A stretch of DNA of 64,000 nt from positions 105,044 through 169,043 of the forward strand of contig CAWGLD010000002.1 of assembly GCA_963823335.1 (NCBI GenBank), written 5' to 3'. Shown piece by piece: positions 1 through 9,985 of this stretch (within the stretch, counting starts at the first letter, position 1; each line of letters opens with the position of its first letter). This stretch comes from an uncultured delta proteobacterium (lineage in GTDB: Bacteria > Desulfobacterota > Desulfobacteria > Desulfobacterales > B30-G6). Both the position numbers and the translations under genes were made by a program. The notes beneath the pieces are model-generated. The model saw only the letters and a program-made list of their open reading frames with translations, searched no databases and had not been told where the DNA came from.

Positions 1-398
1 CCCGAGTTGGCTTCAATCCCGGCGATGCTGACATCCGGGTGACCATGGGTGCCGCCGTGGCGTCTCAGATTAATGAACTGTTCTTCAGATATGATACCCA
101 TGGCATACAGCACCGCATAGTGTCCCGGCGCATCATGACCCTTGGAGGAAAAATAGATGTCCCGGTCAGGATGGGAGATACCGACCTCTGAAATATTCAT
201 TTCGGCGAAGTAGAGGGCGGTAACGATGTCCAGTGAACTGAAACTGGAGCCCAGGTGTCCGGATCCGGCACGTTTGACAGTGGAGATTGCATTGGCGCGA
301 CACATGTCGGCCAACAACTGCAGCTTCGTATACTTGTCAATGTCTGCCGCGCGAACGCGTTTAAATTCTTTTTCAGGAATCAATTTGATTTCGATCAT
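1..398 (-). CDS. Transketolase family protein, N-terminal TPP-binding part (runs off the window edge)
   Basis: Manual translation from ATG at 398 gives MIEINLIPEKEF...AGSGHLGSSFSSLDI...DRDIYFSSKGHDAPGHYA...LRRHGGTHGHPD...GIEANS, with the transketolase SGHxG, SKGH and GHP motifs. RBS AAAGGAG upstream. Not in the ORF track because it is truncated. Confidence 0.85.
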   Translation of the reverse strand, partial: MIEIKLIPEKEFKRVRAADIDKYTKLQLLADMCRANAISTVKRAGSGHLGSSFSSLDIVTALYFAEMNISEVGISHPDRDIYFSSKGHDAPGHYAVLYAMGIISEEQFINLRRHGGTHGHPDVSIAGIEANS

Positions 399-435
399 TA
401 TTGTCGGCGCTCCTTTTAAATTCTACCTAGAATAG

Positions 436-1194
436 TTATTTCGTGTATGCAGATTGACTGACGTGAGGCAACCTTGCATCACCTTTTTGAATCGTGTGCT
501 CGGCCAGTTGCCAGTCATATTCATTGTTGACGTCAAATCCTTCATAATCGGTGGTCAAAAACGGCATCACCACGTTTCCAGCGATGGTTCGATCTTCAAG
601 AACCACCCGCGACCATGCAATCTCCAGACTTGCATTTTGAACAAATATTTCCGGCAAAGAGGGGTATTGGCTGCTATGCCAGGGTTGTTCGGCCGGTCCC
701 AGCGGCAGCAGAGGCATCATCCGACGGCCCCGAACGACCCACATTTTTGCTGGATGCTGGGTACACTTTTCCACCGCCCGCAAAGAGTCGACTCCCTGTT
801 GGGACGAAAATTCCTGCCAAGCCCGCTGGATGGTTGCCGGCAGCCGAAACGGACTGGTTGGCCGCAATATGCTGAAACAGTCATACCTGTGATCCGCCTC
901 CTGCAGGCGCTCAAGGGTGAACGCCACCCATTCAATGTCGGGTGACTGATCGCCGGCCAACGTTGCAGGCCTCAGAAACGGAACCTGTGCCCCATAGTTT
1001 TTTGCTATGTCCGCGTAGTGTTCCGAATCCGTTGAGACGATCACATCGCTGAAAATGCCACTGTCGATGGCTGCTGCAATCGTATACGCGATGAGCGGAT
1101 GACCTGCCAGGGGTCGTATGTTTTTGTCCGGCACACGCTTGGAACCCGCCCGAGCCGGTATCAGTGCAACAACGCTGTAATCTTCCATAGTCAT
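436..1194 (-). CDS. neuA: Acylneuraminate cytidylyltransferase (CMP-nonulosonate synthetase)
   Basis: ALIPARAGSKRVPDKNI, IVSTDS, PFLRPATLAGD, LRPTSPFR and DVNNEYDW motifs. Start probably 1194 or 1188 rather than 1218. Confidence 0.88.
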   Translation of the reverse strand: MTMEDYSVVALIPARAGSKRVPDKNIRPLAGHPLIAYTIAAAIDSGIFSDVIVSTDSEHYADIAKNYGAQVPFLRPATLAGDQSPDIEWVAFTLERLQEADHRYDCFSILRPTSPFRLPATIQRAWQEFSSQQGVDSLRAVEKCTQHPAKMWVVRGRRMMPLLPLGPAEQPWHSSQYPSLPEIFVQNASLEIAWSRVVLEDRTIAGNVVMPFLTTDYEGFDVNNEYDWQLAEHTIQKGDARLPHVSQSAYTK

Positions 1195-1198
1195 TTCT

Positions 1199-2671
1199 TT
1201 AAAGTTTCTCGGGATCAATATTAATGATGATATTTTTCAAGTCAGAATAGACATCCAGGGCTTCTGTTCCGGGCTCCCGCGTGCCGTTGCCGGATTGCTT
1301 CAATCCGCCAAAAGGCATATGGGGTTCGCTGCCGAAGGTTCCGGCGTTGACAACAGCGACGCCTGTCTGAACCTTCCGGCAAAACTGCATGGCCCGGTGG
1401 AAGTCACGGGTGTGAATACAAGCGGTGAGGCCATAGGGTGAGTCGTTGGCCAATTGCAGTGCCTGGTGGAAATCAGCCACGCGGTAAAGACAGGTTATGG
1501 GTCCGAACAGTTCGGCGGTGGATATGTCGTCTTTGGGGTTGGCATTTTCAATCAGGGTGGGTGCCATGTAAAATCCACCCTTATGGGCATCATCGGTCAT
1601 CCGGTGGCCGCCGGATAAAACCACGGCGCCATTTTTCTGAGCATTCTGGATCGCGGTGAGCATGTTATTGAGCTGTTTTTCATTGATTACCGGGCCCAGG
1701 TCATTATCATTTCCGGGGCCGACACTGAGCGCCTGGGTACGTTCGATCAGCATGTCGCGAAATTGATCATAAACGGCATCAAAGATGATGATACGACTGC
1801 CTGACGCACAGCGCTGTCCGGCATTACTGAAAGCCGAAAGAAGCACCCATTTTGCGGCTGACTCCAGATCGGCATCGTCACAGACGACCAATGCATTTTT
1901 GCCGCCCAATTCAAGTGATACCTTGGCCAGTCGCTGGCCGGCAACTGTGGCGATATGACGACCTACTGCGGTTGATCCGGTGAAGCTGATAACATCCACT
2001 TCTGGATTGTCGACCAGAGGTGCGCCGGCTTCAAGACCGTATCCCTGGATAACATTGAGAACTCCCGGCGGCAGACCCGCTTCGTGAGCTAGTCGGGCAA
2101 AATACCAGGCTGTAGCAGGTGTATCTTCCGCAGCTTTCAATACTGCTGTGTTGCCGCAGATTAATGCGGGGAATACCTTCCAGGCCACGTTGGCAATCGG
2201 CGTGTTGGCTGCAATGATCAATGCTGCAACCCCCAGCGGCTGGCGCACGGTCATGGCATACTTGTTGGGTACTGCACTGGTGGTGGTACGACCGTAAAAC
2301 CGTCGGCCTTCGCCGGCTGCAAATTCTCCTTGAGCAATGGCGCCGCCGGTCTCACCAAGCGCTGCACCCAAAGACATGCCGGTTTCCATTGCAACGATCC
2401 CGGCGATCTCTTTTTGATGTCTGCGCATGGCTTGAGCGATTTCGTGAAGGATATCGCCGCGCTGCACCGGGGTTTGTTCCGCCCAAGCTGCCTGGGCAAC
2501 TCTGGCTGCCTGAATTGCATTTTGTACATCCTGTGACTCGGACCGTGCAACAGCACACAGTTTGCGACCGGTATCCGGTGACAACTTGTCAAAAGTTCTT
2601 CTTGATAGTGCAGCACACTCTTGACCGTCGATCCAGTTTGGAATCGTATCCGGGAGGTTGTTCGGTTTCAT
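1199..2671 (-). CDS. NAD(P)-dependent aldehyde dehydrogenase
   Basis: SFTGSTAVG, LELGGKNA, catalytic Cys in NAGQRCAS, ELFGPI and PFGGLKQSG motifs. Confidence 0.92.
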   Translation of the reverse strand: MKPNNLPDTIPNWIDGQECAALSRRTFDKLSPDTGRKLCAVARSESQDVQNAIQAARVAQAAWAEQTPVQRGDILHEIAQAMRRHQKEIAGIVAMETGMSLGAALGETGGAIAQGEFAAGEGRRFYGRTTTSAVPNKYAMTVRQPLGVAALIIAANTPIANVAWKVFPALICGNTAVLKAAEDTPATAWYFARLAHEAGLPPGVLNVIQGYGLEAGAPLVDNPEVDVISFTGSTAVGRHIATVAGQRLAKVSLELGGKNALVVCDDADLESAAKWVLLSAFSNAGQRCASGSRIIIFDAVYDQFRDMLIERTQALSVGPGNDNDLGPVINEKQLNNMLTAIQNAQKNGAVVLSGGHRMTDDAHKGGFYMAPTLIENANPKDDISTAELFGPITCLYRVADFHQALQLANDSPYGLTACIHTRDFHRAMQFCRKVQTGVAVVNAGTFGSEPHMPFGGLKQSGNGTREPGTEALDVYSDLKNIIINIDPEKL

Positions 2672-2710
2672 CGTAACTCCGTTTTATGTGTAAACGTATG
2701 TTCATTCTTT

Positions 2711-2848
2711 CCTAAGCTGAGCGATTGTCGAGGTTGCTGTAGCTACAAGAAAGATGCTGTTTCGCTATAGTGGACTATGCGGTATGGCATCTGACGCCGT
2801 AGATGCGGTAAGATCGGCAAACCCAACGGGTTTCAAATTTTAAGAATT
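2711..2848. repeat. 138-bp intergenic repeat, family A, copy 1
   Basis: Reverse complement of 33502-33639, ungapped, 12 mismatches by manual alignment. Confidence 0.85.
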
Positions 2849-2926
2849 CAAATGAATCAAATCCTTTGAAAATATTTCTAAATCCCATATACATAAAATT
2901 TGAATCGCTCATCTTAGGTATTTCTA

Positions 2927-3739
2927 TCACCATGCCGTGAAACCACCATCCACAACCAGTTCAGCACCGGTTACATAAGCGGATGCCCTTGAGGCCAGAA
3001 AAAGCAGTGGCCCACGCAGATCTTCCGCGACAGCCATTCTTCCCATGGGGACACGATTACAGAATTTGCGTTTGAATTCTTCGTCCTGGCCGCCTAAGAC
3101 ACCGCCGGGTGATAGCGCATTCACCCGCACGCCGTGTGGGGCCCAGTGTGTTGCCAGATAACGGGTCAGATTTATAACTGCGGCCTTGGAGGCACCGTAA
3201 GCCGGAGGTTTGAGAAACGGCAGTTCTCCGGAAAGGTGGTCGTAAAATCGCGCGTCAGGTGAAACGCCGGCATACAAAGAACCGATATTGATAATCGAAC
3301 CCCGGCCGGCATTGACCATCCGGGAACCAAATACCTGGGATACCTGAAATAGCCCCAGGGTATTGACCTCGAGAATCTCGCGATTTTCCTCCAGCGGTAT
3401 ATCTTCCAGACGATATGCTTTGGCCGAAAGGGCAGGAGGGCGGTCGATACCGGCATTGTTTACCAGAATGCTGGGTGTTCCAAAGGCAGAAAAACAACGT
3501 TGGTATGCGTCTTCCAGGGATCGACGATCCCTGACATCGGCGCGATCCAGCTTCAAGAGAGTTTTATCATAACATGCCTGCAGTCTGGCAAAATCATCGG
3601 AGATTTTTGATTCGGCCAGATCAAGTGCGAAAACTGAGGCGCCTGCACCCAGCAGGGCTTCTATCCAGATGGGACCTAACTTACCCAGCGCACCTGTTAC
3701 GACAGCAATTTCGGTCTCTAAGTCAAACAAATTTTTCAC
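2927..3739 (-). CDS. Short-chain dehydrogenase/reductase
   Basis: TGALGKLG, NNAG, catalytic YGASK and VRVNALSPGG motifs. Confidence 0.92.
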   Translation of the reverse strand: MKNLFDLETEIAVVTGALGKLGPIWIEALLGAGASVFALDLAESKISDDFARLQACYDKTLLKLDRADVRDRRSLEDAYQRCFSAFGTPSILVNNAGIDRPPALSAKAYRLEDIPLEENREILEVNTLGLFQVSQVFGSRMVNAGRGSIINIGSLYAGVSPDARFYDHLSGELPFLKPPAYGASKAAVINLTRYLATHWAPHGVRVNALSPGGVLGGQDEEFKRKFCNRVPMGRMAVAEDLRGPLLFLASRASAYVTGAELVVDGGFTAW

Positions 3740-4812
3740 GATGCCGACCCTGCTAGATGCTCGGAGCCGTTTAAAGCTTCAAAGGTGATGGCATCGTCTT
3801 CTTGCATGGCTGCACGGGTCACCCTGCCGACCACTTTATCGATATCGTAAGGCGGTAGACCATCACCTGGTGACTTGAAGGCAATGTCTTCCCGGCGTAT
3901 CATATGACCGGCCGGCAAATCACGCGCGGCGACCATTTTTTTGCTCATCTTGATGATGGGGTTTCTCTCGCTCTCATAAGTCTGCTTGACGCCGTCACCC
4001 ATGGCGGCTTTGGTACGTTGCAGGTCTCTGATCAGCTTTCGAAAACCAGTGGGTTCCAGTGAAAAGGCATGATCTGTGCCTTTCAGGGTATGGTTAAGGG
4101 TAAAGTGCTTTTCGATCACCCGGGCGCCCAGCATATAAGCTGCAACGGCCATGGCAATGCCGTTGTCGTGGGAAGACAGACCAACGGTGGTATTGGGAAA
4201 CCGCTCGCGGAAGGTCGTGATCACATTCAGATTGAGCTCTTCAAATTCTGCTGGATAACCTGCGGTGCACTGGAGGATACAGAGCTGCTGATTGATAGGC
4301 ATGATGGCATCATAGGCCCTGTTGACGTCCTCCATGGTACCCCCGCCGGTGCTGAGAATCATCGGCTTGTTAAACTTGGCAATGTGGGTCAGCAAGGGAA
4401 TGTTTTTTAAATCCCCGGAAGCGATTTTATAAATCGGGATGTCGAGTTTGGCCAGGAAATCGGCGCTGTCAAAATCAAAGGCGGTTGAAAACATCGTAAT
4501 TCCGATTTCATCAGCGTAATCCATCAAGGTTTTGTATTCAATTTCACCGAACTCCAAAAATTCCCGATGCTCGCCGTAGGTTGCACCATAGCTGTTGGGA
4601 TTGTCATAAGGTTTGTTATAACCGGCCTTGGTAAACAGGCTCCGATTGTGTCTTTTCTGGAGTTTGACAGCGTCAGCTCCGCTTTCTTTGGCTACCCGGA
4701 ACATCTCCTTGGCGGTTTCGAGCTCACCTTGATGGTTGTGCCCGATCTCGGCTATCACATAGCAATCACTATTGTCTTGAATGACCTTTCCATTTAGTGA
4801 AAGTTTACGCAT
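3736..4812 (-). CDS. neuB: N-acetylneuraminate/nonulosonate synthase family protein with C-terminal SAF domain
   Basis: IAEIGHNHQG, ADAVKLQKR, YKIASGD, GLSSHD and IEKHFTL motifs, plus an SAF-like tail (VAARDLPAGH...KSPGDGL). Confidence 0.9.
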   Translation of the reverse strand: MRKLSLNGKVIQDNSDCYVIAEIGHNHQGELETAKEMFRVAKESGADAVKLQKRHNRSLFTKAGYNKPYDNPNSYGATYGEHREFLEFGEIEYKTLMDYADEIGITMFSTAFDFDSADFLAKLDIPIYKIASGDLKNIPLLTHIAKFNKPMILSTGGGTMEDVNRAYDAIMPINQQLCILQCTAGYPAEFEELNLNVITTFRERFPNTTVGLSSHDNGIAMAVAAYMLGARVIEKHFTLNHTLKGTDHAFSLEPTGFRKLIRDLQRTKAAMGDGVKQTYESERNPIIKMSKKMVAARDLPAGHMIRREDIAFKSPGDGLPPYDIDKVVGRVTRAAMQEDDAITFEALNGSEHLAGSAS

Positions 4813-4891
4813 TGTTATTCCTCCTCAAAATCTCTATTTTAACTGCATTGAACTTTTTATAATGTCAAAACATTTTACTCGAACTTATTTT

Positions 4892-5059
4892 AGCTTGGAC
4901 GCCAGGAAGCTGGGATGCCGCTGTCCGCTGATACTGTCAGCCACCCTCCAACCCTGTATCCCCCTCGGACCCTTGAACCCCCTTTTAAGCTGGGACGCCA
5001 GGATGCTTGGAAGCTGGGATGCCGCTGTCCGCTGACACTGTCAGCCACCCTCAAACCCT
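4892..5059. repeat. Imperfect direct repeat, two copies of about 65-70 bp
   Basis: AGCT(T/G)GGACGCCAGG...AAGCTGGGATGCCGCTGTCCGCTGA(T/C)ACTGTCAGCCACCCTC(C/A)AACCCT at about 4892-4955 and 4988-5059. Confidence 0.8.
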
Positions 5060-5569
5060 TTTTTTTGCCAATGTTCTTTCAAACAAATCACAGACCTCTC
5101 TCACAGCGCCATGACCGCCCGGACGTCTGGTCTGATAGAGCGCGATGGATATCACATCCTGATACGCGTCCTGAACCACAATGGGCAAAGCCACAGATGC
5201 AAGACAGGGCAGGTCGTTGATATCGTTGCCCACAAAAGCGACCTCCCCCAGGGTGAGATTCTTTTCCTGAGCGATGTCGTTCAGCACTGCCAGTTTGTCC
5301 TGACAGTCCTGAATACAGCGAATTTTTAGTTTACGCGCCCTGGCTGACACCACAGGATTGGCTTCAGTGGATATGATAACCGTTTCAATGCCAAATTTTT
5401 TCAGTTTTTGCAAACCAATACCATCACTGCGAAAGCATCGCACGGCTTCGGTGCCGTCTTGGAATACAAAAACCATATTATCGGTAAAAACGCCGTCAAA
5501 ATCAAAGGCAATTAGACGGATACGACGGATAATCTCATCGATGCCAGGGTCTGTTCGTTTTTTGGGCAT
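5051..5569 (-). CDS. KdsC-family HAD phosphatase (KDO-8-P/KDN-9-P phosphatase-like)
   Basis: FDFDGVFTDN, SDGIGL, FVGNDINDL and GGHGAVREVCD motifs. Confidence 0.88.
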   Translation of the reverse strand: MPKKRTDPGIDEIIRRIRLIAFDFDGVFTDNMVFVFQDGTEAVRCFRSDGIGLQKLKKFGIETVIISTEANPVVSARARKLKIRCIQDCQDKLAVLNDIAQEKNLTLGEVAFVGNDINDLPCLASVALPIVVQDAYQDVISIALYQTRRPGGHGAVREVCDLFERTLAKKRV

Positions 5570-5586
5570 AGTGGGCTGTAAGTCTT

Positions 5587-7392
5587 TTACTCTTTACCAG
5601 GGGTTAAGTCAACGCAGCCGGTACCCGGGTTCGGTATCGATATCTGCTGTGGGGTGATCGGCTCCGGTTTATTTTCTTCCTGCAGGATTCTTCCATCCTG
5701 GATACGGTAGGTTTTATCGGCTATCGTAACCAGAGCCGACTGATGCGAGATGGTCAGAATGGTGAGCTCTCCGCGAAGCTGTTGCAGGGTATCGCATACA
5801 GCGGCCTCACTTTCCGGATCCAGACCGCTGGTGGCTTCGTCTAAAATCAGCAGTTTCGGTTTGTGCACCAGGGCCCGTGCAATGGCGATACGCTGTCTTT
5901 GCCCTCCGGAGAGTTTGCCTCCGCGCTCGCCGACCATACTCTCCATAGCCTTGGGCATTCTATTGACAAACTCCCACGCACCGGCGGCACGCAGGGCATC
6001 CTTTGCATCGGCTGCACTCAGAGCAGGATCTCCCAGGGTGATGTTGTTCAGCACCGTATCGTGCAGTAATATGGTTTCCTGGGGAATATAGCCGATCATT
6101 CTGCGCCAGTTTTTCAGATTTAACTCAGCCAACGGCACGTGGTCGATCCACACCTCTCCCTGCTGGGGCCGCAACAGACCGGTCACAATATCCACCAGGG
6201 TTGTTTTTCCCGACCCGGAAGGGCCCACAATGGCAATAATCTCACCCTTGGGAAAGGTGAGCGACACATCTTGCAGCACTGGCTGGGTGTCGTAAGCAAA
6301 AATCAACTGTTTCAGTTCAATGGCTCTTTCCAGCGAAGGTATCTGGGTACCACCCATCTCCTCGCGTTCGCTTTTCACCTTTTGAAGGGTTTTCTGTAAT
6401 GACCAGTAGGCGCTTTCAAAAATAATCATTTCTTGATAACGTTCTTGAACCCGGTTCAGTCGCTTCAATAATCGGGAAACAAGAAACGCCAGCACGATGA
6501 CGCTGGCCAGTGACATTTGCCAGTAAGTCAACAATACGTATACTCCGCCTGCCAGGAAGACCGTAACCAGTATGTGCTGGAAGGCCAAGAGAAATTCCCT
6601 GTTCAGAACTTCTTTTTGTAACGCCTTGTTCAGGTGGTGAGTCTTTTTTTTCATCAGGTGGTCGGATGCTTCCTCGCGCGCCATGGCCCGCAAAGGTTTT
6701 ATGGACTGCAAGGTATCGGTCAACAATGCAAACATCGATTTCCGGAGGCTTGTTTGACGATTTCCGGCATGGCGGGATTTTCTGAGAAATCGTTTTAAGG
6801 CGTACAGGATTAAAAGACCTACCGTGAGCGAGACCAATGTCGCTTTCCAGGAGACCAGAAACGCCATGATACAGAAAATAATGGCATGCAAAAACTCGGC
6901 GGTCATGATAATGCCGTTCTTATAGGCTTTCGATGTCCTGATTGTTTCACTCATGATGGAATTTGAAAGCTTTCCGATGGGTTGCTGGATGAAATACTGC
7001 CACCGGCAGACGCGCAGGGCGTGCAGCAATTCGAGTCGCAGATTCGTGGCGACCTGGGCGACGGTATATCCGATTTGTCTGTTAGCCAGCAGCATGATTC
7101 CGTTTCTCAGGGTTACGGTGGCGATAAGAATGATCAGGAGCAGGCCCAGGGTGGGTGTAATGCCCAGAAAAGCAAAGCCATCCGCAACCATCTGTTCCAG
7201 CACGGAAATTTTGGCACCATTTTTCGCCAAAGCATCCGATCCTGCCCCGGTGGGGTTGCCGACGGTAATGCCGATGATGGGCAAGAGCATCGTAAGCCCG
7301 ACACCTTCTATGATACCCGCTAACAACAACGACAGCAGCATGAGGATGCTTGCGAGTGGATAATTGCGGGAAAATGTTATAAAAAAACGCAT
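5587..7392 (-). CDS. ABC exporter, fused permease/ATPase (MsbA/PglK-like flippase candidate)
   Basis: N-terminal TM domain, Walker A GPSGSGKT, LSGGQRQR signature and LLILDEATSGLD. Confidence 0.88.
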   Translation of the reverse strand: MRFFITFSRNYPLASILMLLSLLLAGIIEGVGLTMLLPIIGITVGNPTGAGSDALAKNGAKISVLEQMVADGFAFLGITPTLGLLLIILIATVTLRNGIMLLANRQIGYTVAQVATNLRLELLHALRVCRWQYFIQQPIGKLSNSIMSETIRTSKAYKNGIIMTAEFLHAIIFCIMAFLVSWKATLVSLTVGLLILYALKRFLRKSRHAGNRQTSLRKSMFALLTDTLQSIKPLRAMAREEASDHLMKKKTHHLNKALQKEVLNREFLLAFQHILVTVFLAGGVYVLLTYWQMSLASVIVLAFLVSRLLKRLNRVQERYQEMIIFESAYWSLQKTLQKVKSEREEMGGTQIPSLERAIELKQLIFAYDTQPVLQDVSLTFPKGEIIAIVGPSGSGKTTLVDIVTGLLRPQQGEVWIDHVPLAELNLKNWRRMIGYIPQETILLHDTVLNNITLGDPALSAADAKDALRAAGAWEFVNRMPKAMESMVGERGGKLSGGQRQRIAIARALVHKPKLLILDEATSGLDPESEAAVCDTLQQLRGELTILTISHQSALVTIADKTYRIQDGRILQEENKPEPITPQQISIPNPGTGCVDLTPGKE

Positions 7393-7428
7393 AATGATAC
7401 CGTGATCGTTAACCCCTTCTTTTCAGAC

Positions 7429-8622
7429 TTACCTGGTCGTTGTCGTCGCTTTTTTCACGGCCGTAAATGCCTTGCAGATATGTGTTATCTGTTCCGGTGT
7501 GTGCCCGGCGCTGACACTGCTACGCAGCAGGTAATTGCCGTCCGGTGTGGCTGGTGGAAAAACCAGATTGACGTAGACACCCTGTTCCAGCAGACCGCTC
7601 CACAGGGCGAAGGCTTCGGTTTTGTCTTCCAGCCGCACGGTAACAATGGGGCTCAGTTCCGGTCCCGTCTCGAAATCCAATTCCTGTAGCGTGGTATACA
7701 ATCTCTCCGCGTTTTCCCAGAGTCGCTGACGCAGTTCGGGTCTGTTCTGTATGATTTCCAATGCTTTGCGGGTGGAGGCAATTACAGAGGGAGACGACGA
7801 GGCCGTGAAAATATAAGGGCGACTCGCGTATCGAACCAGGTTGAGTTCAGGATGATTGCTGGTGCAAAAACCGCCAATGGCTCCCAGGCTCTTACTAAAG
7901 GTGCCGACCACAAAATCGACACTGCTTTCCACACCGGCTTCCTCGGCAAGCCCGCGTCCATTGGTACCCAGCACACCCAGGGAGTGGGCTTCATCCACCA
8001 AAAGATAGGCCCCGTATTTTTCTTTGGCGGCAGCAATGCCCGCCAGAGGCGCGCGGTCCCCCAGCATGCTGTAAAGACCTTCCACCACAATCAGGACATT
8101 GGTGTTTCGTTTTTCAAGGCGCTGCAGCCGTTTTTCCAGGTTTTGAACATCGTTGTGGCGAAAACGATGGATCTCGGCATTTCCCATTCGACAGCCGTCA
8201 TAAATGCTGGCGTGGCAATCCGCATCCAGCAGGATGACTTCACCACTACCCATCAGGGTGGAGAGCATGGCCAGGTTAGCGACATAACCGGTGGAAAACA
8301 CAATTGCCTCCTGACAATTGTAAAAATCTGCCAGTTCGCGCTCCAATGCCACATGTCCTGAAAAAGTCCCGTTGGCCATTCTGGAACCGGTAGTGCCGGT
8401 ACCTTCTTCGCGTGCGGCATCACAAGCGGCTTTGATACAATCGGCATCAAAGGAAAGACCCAGATAATTATTGCTACCGGCCAGAATCATGGGACGACCG
8501 TCTACGATGGCCTCGGTTCCGGACACAATCTTTTGCATTACGATATTGAAAAAATTATCACAGCATTGCTCTAATTCCTGACGGGTCTCGGCCAGTTGCT
8601 GAAATTTATCAAAAATAGTCAT
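7429..8622 (-). CDS. spt: Serine palmitoyltransferase (PLP-dependent alpha-oxoamine synthase)
   Basis: IFDKF N-terminus typical of proteobacterial SPT, GSNNYLGL, GSRMANGT, FSTGYVANL, DEAHSLG and GTFSKSLG (PLP Lys). Adjacent to ACP, reductase and acyl-AMP ligase as in known ceramide operons. Confidence 0.82.
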   Translation of the reverse strand: MTIFDKFQQLAETRQELEQCCDNFFNIVMQKIVSGTEAIVDGRPMILAGSNNYLGLSFDADCIKAACDAAREEGTGTTGSRMANGTFSGHVALERELADFYNCQEAIVFSTGYVANLAMLSTLMGSGEVILLDADCHASIYDGCRMGNAEIHRFRHNDVQNLEKRLQRLEKRNTNVLIVVEGLYSMLGDRAPLAGIAAAKEKYGAYLLVDEAHSLGVLGTNGRGLAEEAGVESSVDFVVGTFSKSLGAIGGFCTSNHPELNLVRYASRPYIFTASSSPSVIASTRKALEIIQNRPELRQRLWENAERLYTTLQELDFETGPELSPIVTVRLEDKTEAFALWSGLLEQGVYVNLVFPPATPDGNYLLRSSVSAGHTPEQITHICKAFTAVKKATTTTR

Positions 8623-8624
8623 CA

Positions 8625-8873
8625 TCAATCATCCCCGTTTAGTTTTTGAATCTGTAATACAAAATCTTTCACGGTACACACGTCCGGCATTATATTTAAT
8701 GGTATGGAGATATCGAAACGGTCTTCCACCGATTCCAGGATTTTCATGACTTTCAGCGAATCCAGGTCCAGGTCGGCGACCAGATCCGTGTCTTCATGGA
8801 TATCCTGCTCCTGTGGAACGAACGTTCTTAGTATCTGTTCGAGCCCTTGCAATACATTTTCATATTCTGTCAT
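8625..8873 (-). CDS. Acyl carrier protein dedicated to sphingolipid synthesis
   Basis: DLDLDSLKVM phosphopantetheine site, acidic 82-aa protein immediately upstream of spt. Confidence 0.9.
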   Translation of the reverse strand: MTEYENVLQGLEQILRTFVPQEQDIHEDTDLVADLDLDSLKVMKILESVEDRFDISIPLNIMPDVCTVKDFVLQIQKLNGDD

Positions 8874-9829
8874 TCGATACCTCCCTGATTTTTCACTGTA
8901 AATACCGGCCCTAAAGTTTGCCGTAGCCCCTCCGGTAACAAAACGCGAGGTTCCCAGCCAATGGCGTTGCTCAAAGCGGTGTTATCACAAACCCAGTCGG
9001 AATGGCTCAATTCGCGCACTTTACCGGGGGTCAGCATGGGTGCATAGCCGAAAGTCCGGGAGGCAAGCAGATTCAATGCTGAGACCAGCCATACCAGAAC
9101 GATTGGTATTTTTATGCTGACCACGGATCTCGTGCGCAGATGTTTAAACGTATTGATAACATCGTGCCATGAATAGCCCCCGGAATACCCATCGTGCAGT
9201 TCAAAGGTGTCGGACATACCCTCATTACAATCCAACCATTGCACAATTGCTTCGGCAAGATCCTTCACATAGAGCAAGGAAAAACGCGCAGAGCCGGAGC
9301 CGAGTACCGGTGCGATGCCTTTTGCCATCCACTCAAAGACCGGTCGCAGTTCTCGATCACCTGGACCATATATGGCACATGGTCGATAAATGGTCCAGGG
9401 TAATCGGTGGGAATTCTCAACCAGCAATTTTTCCCCCAAGCGTTTACTGGCAGCATAATGCGACAGGTGCGGCTCCCTGGCTGCCAGTGACGATATCAGC
9501 AGAAAACGCGGCGCTGGCTGTTGCGCGGATGCCGCCCGGACAAGACGTGCCAAACCGTCTGTGTTGACCCTGTTGAATTGTTCACGCGTGGCGCCCCTTA
9601 CAGCACCAGCGCAGTGTACCACAGCCGTTACCCCGTTTACCAGGCGGTGCAGACTATCCAGATCTGCAAGGTCACCTTCAATCCATTTAACGGCAAGATC
9701 TGCCGGCCTTTTCCAACGTGACGCCGGTCGGATCAAAGCCTGAATCCTGTATCCTGTATTTGTCAACTGTTTTGCCAGTTCCGCCCCGACAAAACCCGTT
9801 GCGCCTGTTAGTGCAATCACCTCAGACAT
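8870..9829 (-). CDS. cerR: NAD-dependent epimerase/dehydratase family, ceramide reductase (CerR)-like
   Basis: TGATGFVG, ISSLAAREP and YAASK motifs. Position between acyl-AMP ligase and ACP/spt matches the Caulobacter arrangement. Confidence 0.72.
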   Translation of the reverse strand: MSEVIALTGATGFVGAELAKQLTNTGYRIQALIRPASRWKRPADLAVKWIEGDLADLDSLHRLVNGVTAVVHCAGAVRGATREQFNRVNTDGLARLVRAASAQQPAPRFLLISSLAAREPHLSHYAASKRLGEKLLVENSHRLPWTIYRPCAIYGPGDRELRPVFEWMAKGIAPVLGSGSARFSLLYVKDLAEAIVQWLDCNEGMSDTFELHDGYSGGYSWHDVINTFKHLRTRSVVSIKIPIVLVWLVSALNLLASRTFGYAPMLTPGKVRELSHSDWVCDNTALSNAIGWEPRVLLPEGLRQTLGPVFTVKNQGGIE

Positions 9830-9985
9830 GTGATTTTTCCGACAGCATCAATTTATTTCTTCATAAATTATGATGGCAACACTAATTGCCAACTTCAGCA
9901 AACACTCTTCCTCTATCGATCATCCAAAACGGCTTGATCGGTCTGTAAATTTTGTTTATATGTTTTTATGGTAATAAATGCAAGG

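Noticed and set aside
4892-5059. Possible CRISPR array (also considered for family-B repeats and 25398-25647)
   Set aside because: Only two long imperfect copies or dispersed copies, no regular repeat-spacer period, and no cas genes.
7429-8622. BioF (8-amino-7-oxononanoate synthase) assignment
   Set aside because: No bio genes nearby; the N-terminus and ACP/FAAL/reductase context fit SPT better.
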